Below are positions 58,987 through 64,000 of a DNA stretch of 64,000 nt, piece by piece (position 1 is the first letter of the stretch; each line of letters begins with the position of its first letter). This DNA comes from Alphaproteobacteria bacterium. Its GTDB lineage: Bacteria > Pseudomonadota > Alphaproteobacteria > CADEGL01. The notes under the pieces were generated by a model that saw nothing but the letters and a program-made list of their open reading frames with translations, was not told where the DNA came from and made no database searches. A program made the translations under genes and the position numbers. The stretch is taken from assembly GCA_046153685.1 (NCBI GenBank), contig JBJXGH010000096.1, positions 491 through 64,490 of the forward strand, read 5' to 3'.

Positions 58987-60242
58987 TAGCGTCCGCCTTC
59001 GAGCGTCAGCCCCTCCATATCGATGGCGGGCTTTCTGCCCTGGACCAGATCCGCGCAGATCCGCGCCGAGCCGCACGCCATGGTCCAACCGATATGGCCA
59101 TGACCGGTATTGATGTGCAGATTCGCATACTTGGCGGTGCCAAATATTGGCGGCCCGTCGGGCGTCATGGGCCTCAAGCACGCCCAATAATCTGGCGGCG
59201 CGTGCCAGTCGCAGGCATCGGGGAACATTTCCTTGGCCGTCGCCAAGATGGCCGAAAAATCGGCCGGCTTGAACGCGGTTGAATAGCCCGCGAACTCCGC
59301 CTTGCCGCCAACGCGGAACGTGTTACCGAACTTGCCCCACGCGACCAGCAAATCCTCGTCCACGCCGCCGACCTCGGGTGTCAGTTGGCCGTCGCGGCAG
59401 GGGAATGAGGCGGTGTAGCCCTTTATGGGGTAGATCGGCAGACGCACCCCGACCGAACGCGCGATTTCAGGCGAGAAGCTGCCGAGCGACAAGATATAGC
59501 AATCCGCCGTCATTTCGCCCTTCTCCGTCACCACGGCCTCGATCTTCCCGCCGCTCGCGCGCAAGCCACGCACCGCCGTGCCGTACACGAACTTGGTGCC
59601 CATTCCGCGCGAAAGTTCCGCGAGCTTGCGCGTCCACACACGCGCGTCGCCCGATTCGTCCGTCGGGCAATACAGAGCGCCGACGTATTTTTCCTTCACC
59701 GGCGCGAAGGCCGGTTCGATGCGCACCACCTCGTCACGCGTCTTGAGCTCAACCTTGACCCCGTTATCGGTCAGGAATTTCGCCGCCGCGGCCGCCTGAT
59801 GCATATGCACCTCGTCGCGAAAGGCATAGAGCAAGCCTTTTTTCAGGTCGTCGAACTCAAGCGAGATATCGCGCCTCAGCTCGTCCATCATCGCCTGGCT
59901 ATATTTGCAGATTCGCAGTTTGCGCAGTGTATTCACCTTGAATCGCTCGGCCGTGCAGTTCCTGAGGAACTGCAGACTCCACAGATACATTCGCGGATCG
60001 AGATTGAGGCGGAAAATCAGCGCCGCGTTCTTGTCCCAAAGGGATCGCAAGAGGATTTTCGGCGAACGCGGCGACGCCCAGGCAAAGGCATGGGCGACAG
60101 CCAATAGGCCGGCATTTTGGAAGCTGGTTTCCATTGCCGCATCGGGTTGACGGTCGATCACCGTCACCTCGTGGCCATCCTTCGCCAAATAATAGGCCGT
60201 GGTCGTTCCGACCACGCCCGCGCCCAAGACTAATATCCGCAT
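58983..60242 (-). CDS. dadA: D-amino acid dehydrogenase
   Basis: 419 aa; MRILVLGAGVVGTTTAYYLAKDGHEVTVIDR dinucleotide fold; collinear with E. coli DadA to the C-terminus. Confidence 0.85.
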   Translation of the reverse strand: MRILVLGAGVVGTTTAYYLAKDGHEVTVIDRQPDAAMETSFQNAGLLAVAHAFAWASPRSPKILLRSLWDKNAALIFRLNLDPRMYLWSLQFLRNCTAERFKVNTLRKLRICKYSQAMMDELRRDISLEFDDLKKGLLYAFRDEVHMHQAAAAAKFLTDNGVKVELKTRDEVVRIEPAFAPVKEKYVGALYCPTDESGDARVWTRKLAELSRGMGTKFVYGTAVRGLRASGGKIEAVVTEKGEMTADCYILSLGSFSPEIARSVGVRLPIYPIKGYTASFPCRDGQLTPEVGGVDEDLLVAWGKFGNTFRVGGKAEFAGYSTAFKPADFSAILATAKEMFPDACDWHAPPDYWACLRPMTPDGPPIFGTAKYANLHINTGHGHIGWTMACGSARICADLVQGRKPAIDMEGLTLEGGRY

Positions 60243-60329
60243 CCCTGGAGCCTCCCCTGAATTGAGGCTAGGTTAGCCCCAGCACCAAAGCGGCGCCAGA
60301 CCTTCACCACGCTACCGGAGCCCCGATCG

Positions 60330-61724
60330 ATGACCTACCCCGTCAACGACGACAAAGGACGCCTGGCCACGCTATCGGCTCATGACGCGCGCCATCACAT
60401 CCACCCTTGGGGCAACCACCATGCCTTGCGCCAGGCTGGGCCGAATATGCTGGTGCGCGGCGAGGGACCTTATGTCTGGGATTCGACCGGGCACCGCCTG
60501 ATCGACGGCGTGGCGGGGTTGTGGTGCGTCAATATCGGCCATGGCCGCGCCGAAATGGCCGATGCCATCGCCCAGCAGGTCAAGACACTCACGTTCTATT
60601 CGACCTTTTCCAATCTCACCAACCCCGTCGCGGCGGAGCTTGCGGAAAAACTCTGCGCGCGCACACCCAAAAACCTGTCGCACGTGTTTTTCTCGACCAG
60701 TGGTTCGGACGCGAACGAAACCGCGATCCGTACGGTCCAGCGCTACTTCACCCTCATCGGCAAGCCAAACAAGCGCTACATCCTTGCCCGCCAGGACGCC
60801 TATCACGGCAGCACCTATCTGACCGCATCCCTGTCGGGCCGCAGTTTCTTTCCCGGCTGGCACGCCGAGGAACGCCTGATCCATCGCTTGTCCACGCCCT
60901 ATATCTATCGGCGCCCCGAGGGCATGGGCATCACCGCCTACGAGGACGCGCTGGTGCGCGAAGCGGAGGAGACGATCCTGCGCTTGGGACCCGAAAACGT
61001 GGCGTGCTATATCGCGGAACCCATCATGGGACGCGGCGTGATGGCGCCGCCGCCGGGCCTGCACCGGCGCACGCGCGAGATTTGCCACAAGCACGGCGTG
61101 CTCTATATCGCGGACGAAGTCGTGAGCGGGTTCGGCCGGCTCGGACATCTGTTCGCCTCCGAGCCCGTCTTCGGCGTGACGCCCGATATTCTGGTTTCGG
61201 CGAAAGGCATTTCGTCAGGATACATCCCGTTTGCCGCAACCTTCGTGTCGGATGAAATTTACGAAGTTCTGGCGCGCCCCGACGAGATTTTCTATCACGG
61301 ATTCACCTACTCGGCCCATCCCGTGGCCTGCGCCGCCGCGCTCAAAAACCTCGAAATCATCGAGCGCGAGGATATTTGTGGCCGCGTGCGCAACGAAGGC
61401 GCGCGCTTTCATCGGGCGATCGCCGGCCTCGCCGATTTACCGCTCGTCGGCGACGTGCGCGGCAGCCATTACATGATCGGAATCGAACTGGTGGCCGATC
61501 AGGCAACCAAGGCGCGCATTCCCGACGCAGCCAAGGTATCCGAACGCATCTCGCGTAAATGCTATGACGGCGGCCTCATGGCGCGCGCGATTCTCGGCGA
61601 TTGCATCTTGCTGTCGCCGACCCTCGTCATGTCGGACGACGATCGTGCCGATTGCGAACGCATCTTGCGCGCGGCCGTCCGCGAGACTACGGATGAGCTT
61701 ACGCGCGAGGGATACCTCAAATGA
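60330..61724 (+). CDS. aspartate aminotransferase family protein (class III / omega-transaminase)
   Basis: 464 aa; class-III pattern with PLP-lysine region DILVSAKGISSGYIP. Confidence 0.85.
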   Translation: MTYPVNDDKGRLATLSAHDARHHIHPWGNHHALRQAGPNMLVRGEGPYVWDSTGHRLIDGVAGLWCVNIGHGRAEMADAIAQQVKTLTFYSTFSNLTNPVAAELAEKLCARTPKNLSHVFFSTSGSDANETAIRTVQRYFTLIGKPNKRYILARQDAYHGSTYLTASLSGRSFFPGWHAEERLIHRLSTPYIYRRPEGMGITAYEDALVREAEETILRLGPENVACYIAEPIMGRGVMAPPPGLHRRTREICHKHGVLYIADEVVSGFGRLGHLFASEPVFGVTPDILVSAKGISSGYIPFAATFVSDEIYEVLARPDEIFYHGFTYSAHPVACAAALKNLEIIEREDICGRVRNEGARFHRAIAGLADLPLVGDVRGSHYMIGIELVADQATKARIPDAAKVSERISRKCYDGGLMARAILGDCILLSPTLVMSDDDRADCERILRAAVRETTDELTREGYLK

Positions 61725-61727
61725 ACG

Positions 61728-61760
61728 TCGTGCACGACTCGCAACCGGTCGACCGGTTGC
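61728..61760. repeat. two adjacent perfect palindromes (12 bp GTCGTGCACGAC; 20 bp GCAACCGGTCGACCGGTTGC)
   Basis: Located between the aminotransferase stop and benE start; no T-tract follows. Confidence 0.6.
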
Positions 61761-61761
61761 G

Positions 61762-62925
61762 ATGAGAGGGCCGTCGCTCCAAGCCACCACCACCGGTTTT
61801 TTGGCTGGCCTGGTCGGGTTTTCGAGCTCTTTTGCCATTCTGCTGCAAGGCTTCACCGCAGTCGGCGCAAGCCAGGCGGAAGCGGCGTCGGGATTGATGG
61901 CGGCATCGATCGCCATGGGCGTGGGCGGGGTTTACCTGAGTCTCACGACCAGGCTGCCCATTAGCGTTGCCTGGTCAACGCCAGGGGCGGCATTGCTCGT
62001 CACCACCCCGGCATTGCCGGGCGGTTTCCCCGAAGCCGTCGGCGCTTTCGTCCTCGCAGGCCTCATGATCGTGCTCACCGGGTGCTGGGCGCGCTTGGGC
62101 AGGCTGGTCGGGTCCATTCCGCCTGCGATCGCCAATGCCATGCTTGCCGGAGTGCTTCTCGGCCTATGCCTTGCACCCATGCGCGCGATCGGCCAGGCGC
62201 CCCTGCTCGGCCTTGCCATCGCCGCGACCTGGGCCGTTACCGGCATCTTCAGCCGCTTATTTGCCGTGCCCGCGGCTGTCGCCACGGCCATGGCGCTCAT
62301 CGCCTGGACAACCCCCGTGCCGGAAATCGGCCTTGCGACACTGCCCCAACCTGTTTTCGTCATGCCCAGCTTCTCGATGTCCGGCGCGATCGGCATCGCC
62401 TTGCCGCTGTACCTCGTGACCATGGCATCGCAGAACATTCCGGGCATGGCGGTGCTGAACGCGAACGGCTATCACCCTGCGCCCGGCCCCCTGCTGCGCG
62501 CGACGGGAATCCTCGGCACGCTTGCCGCTCCCTTCGGATCGCATGCGGTCAATCTAGCCGCGATCACCGCCGCGCTATGCGCCGGCCCCGAAGCCCATGC
62601 CGATCCCACGCGGCGCTATTGGGCGGCGGCGGCATCGGGCATCGCCTATATCGCCTTCGGTCTGGCGGCGGGTGCCGTCACCGCCTTCATTGTCGCCTCG
62701 CCGGCTTTTCTCATCGAGGCGGTCGCGGGTCTCGCCCTATTCGGCGCGTTGGGCGCGGCCCTCGGAGCCGCCCTGTCCAAGGTCGAACACCGGGAAGAAG
62801 CGGTCGTTACCTTCATCGTAACCGCCTCGGGCCTCTCGGCCTTCGGCATCGGCGGAGCGTTCTGGGGTCTGGTTGCGGGCGGCGCCATGCTTGGAATGAA
62901 ACGCCTGCGGTCCGGCACGCACTAG
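61762..62925 (+). CDS. benE: benzoate/H+ symporter BenE family transporter
   Basis: 387 aa from in-frame ATG 61762; 12 TM, BenE family pattern. Confidence 0.75.
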   Translation: MRGPSLQATTTGFLAGLVGFSSSFAILLQGFTAVGASQAEAASGLMAASIAMGVGGVYLSLTTRLPISVAWSTPGAALLVTTPALPGGFPEAVGAFVLAGLMIVLTGCWARLGRLVGSIPPAIANAMLAGVLLGLCLAPMRAIGQAPLLGLAIAATWAVTGIFSRLFAVPAAVATAMALIAWTTPVPEIGLATLPQPVFVMPSFSMSGAIGIALPLYLVTMASQNIPGMAVLNANGYHPAPGPLLRATGILGTLAAPFGSHAVNLAAITAALCAGPEAHADPTRRYWAAAASGIAYIAFGLAAGAVTAFIVASPAFLIEAVAGLALFGALGAALGAALSKVEHREEAVVTFIVTASGLSAFGIGGAFWGLVAGGAMLGMKRLRSGTH

Positions 62926-63926
62926 GGCTTGAAGCGCCAGCCATCGACGCGCCCGGCGCGGCGGGCCGCCAGACAACACATCGCTTCGCACACAAGGCGC
63001 GCTGCAAGCAGGCTGGTGGTGCCGCTCTCGCTGTCGAAATCGGGCGAGACCTCGACCACATCGAAGCCCGTGAAGCCCTCGCGACAAACGATGCGCACGC
63101 CCTCGATAATTTCGCGGCTGGTGAGGCCGCCGGGCTCCGGGCTGTTTGTGCCGGGCGCGAAGGCCGGATCGACCGCGTCGATATCAACGCTGACATATGG
63201 CAAGCGGCCGTCCGGCGAGGCGATTCGCAGCGCCTCCTCCGCCACCGCCGCCATGCCGCGCGCTGCGACCTCGGCGATGGAATAGACGCGCATGCCGAGC
63301 GATTTGTAGAGCGGCGTCCACTCCGGCACGTTGCGCGGCCCTTTTATGCCGATCATCACCACGCGGCGCGGATCGATCTCGGGAAGCTCGCAAATTCGCT
63401 TGACCGGCGAAGCCCGCGTCAAGCGGTCGCCATTGAGATGTTCGGACAGATCGAGGTGGGTATCAAAAACGATCACGCCCATGGGAGCGCCCGCCTTGCG
63501 CGCAACCGCCTTGACCGCCGGATAGGTCACGCCGTGATCGCCGCCGAGCATCAGCGGCACGGCGCCCGCCGCCTGGATCTCATCGACCCGCCGTTCGAGC
63601 CGGATATAGCTCTCCGCTGTCCGGCCGGGCGCGACATCGATATCGCCGCAATCGAGCACTTCAAGGTGCGCGAAGGTATCCATGTCCCAATCGAAATTAT
63701 AACCGCCGAACAGCAGCGAGAATTTGCGGATTTCCTGCGGCGCGCGGCGCGTGGCTCCGCCGCGATAGGTCGCGATGCCATCGAAGGGCATCCCAAGGAC
63801 AATCGCATCGGCGCGCGCGCCTTTGAGATCGGGCGCGTAAGCCATTGCCATGAAGGGCGGCACATCGCCGTACATCTTGGGCACGCCCGCGGGTTGCAAT
63901 GCGGTTTCGCGTTTATCGGCCATCAT
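62922..63926 (-). CDS. agmatinase / guanidino-acid hydrolase (arginase/ureohydrolase family)
   Basis: 334 aa; metal-binding motifs GGDHGVTYP, DTHLD, SVDIDAVDP. Confidence 0.8.
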   Translation of the reverse strand: MMADKRETALQPAGVPKMYGDVPPFMAMAYAPDLKGARADAIVLGMPFDGIATYRGGATRRAPQEIRKFSLLFGGYNFDWDMDTFAHLEVLDCGDIDVAPGRTAESYIRLERRVDEIQAAGAVPLMLGGDHGVTYPAVKAVARKAGAPMGVIVFDTHLDLSEHLNGDRLTRASPVKRICELPEIDPRRVVMIGIKGPRNVPEWTPLYKSLGMRVYSIAEVAARGMAAVAEEALRIASPDGRLPYVSVDIDAVDPAFAPGTNSPEPGGLTSREIIEGVRIVCREGFTGFDVVEVSPDFDSESGTTSLLAARLVCEAMCCLAARRAGRVDGWRFKP

Positions 63927-63946
63927 TGGCTCCCTTGGCCCGTGTT

Positions 63947-64000
63947 CTATTGATCGCCGTAACGCAATCCTTCCATGTCCATTTCGGGCTTGCGTCCGGC
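63947..64000 (-). CDS. C-terminal end of a second D-amino acid dehydrogenase-like gene (partial, runs off window)
   Basis: Reverse translation of the window end gives ..AGRKPEMDMEGLRYGDQ*, close to the C-terminus of dadA at 58983..60242 (..GRKPAIDMEGLTLEGGRY*). Confidence 0.4.
   Translation of the reverse strand, partial: AGRKPEMDMEGLRYGDQ

Overview
This is a high-GC (about 65%) chromosomal segment, likely alphaproteobacterial, and mostly metabolic housekeeping and accessory catabolism; many long opposite-strand ORFs in the track are GC-driven shadows. In order: (1) a partial SDR gene plus mtnA (methionine salvage). (2) A tightly coupled plus-strand catabolic operon (1713-9092) encoding SDR, a cyclase-family hydrolase, SDR, acyl-CoA dehydrogenase, a PaaK-like CoA ligase and an orphan XDH-family molybdopterin large subunit. 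It is followed by an M24 peptidase, an MhpD-like hydratase, GlcG, a FadD-like ligase and an amidase. (3) An SOS mutagenesis cassette imuA-imuB-dnaE2 preceded by two tandem GAAC-N7-GAAC LexA boxes; dnaE2 carries an anomalous AT-rich rare-codon patch. (4) An Ldh_2/enolase-superfamily/NudF trio, a cysteine synthase-like gene, sseA, a GNAT gene, a second M24 peptidase and a TerC gene. (5) The general L-amino-acid ABC operon aapJQMP, kup, and metC-hisI. (6) tRNA-Arg(TCT) and tRNA-Pro(TGG) flanking a complex-I NDUFS4-like gene. (7) A TPP riboswitch driving a thiXYZ-type (NMT1/THI5 SBP) ABC operon. (8) A form-II aerobic Mo-hydroxylase (cox) cluster, coxG-coxS-coxL-coxM, then a terminator, then coxD-coxE, a split xdhC, a MoeA-like/MocA fusion, an IscU-like gene and an unusual membrane-[2Fe-2S]-ferredoxin-adenylate cyclase. 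(9) A 415-bp AT-rich, repeat-laden intergenic region followed by a gene whose product fuses a phage-integrase arm-type DNA-binding domain (DUF4102) to a receiver (REC) and an Hpt domain. I know of no described protein with this architecture, and this locus is the most interesting in the window. (10) dadA, a class-III aminotransferase, benE, an agmatinase-family gene and a second partial dadA-like gene. No CRISPR array, transposase or recognisable defence system was seen.
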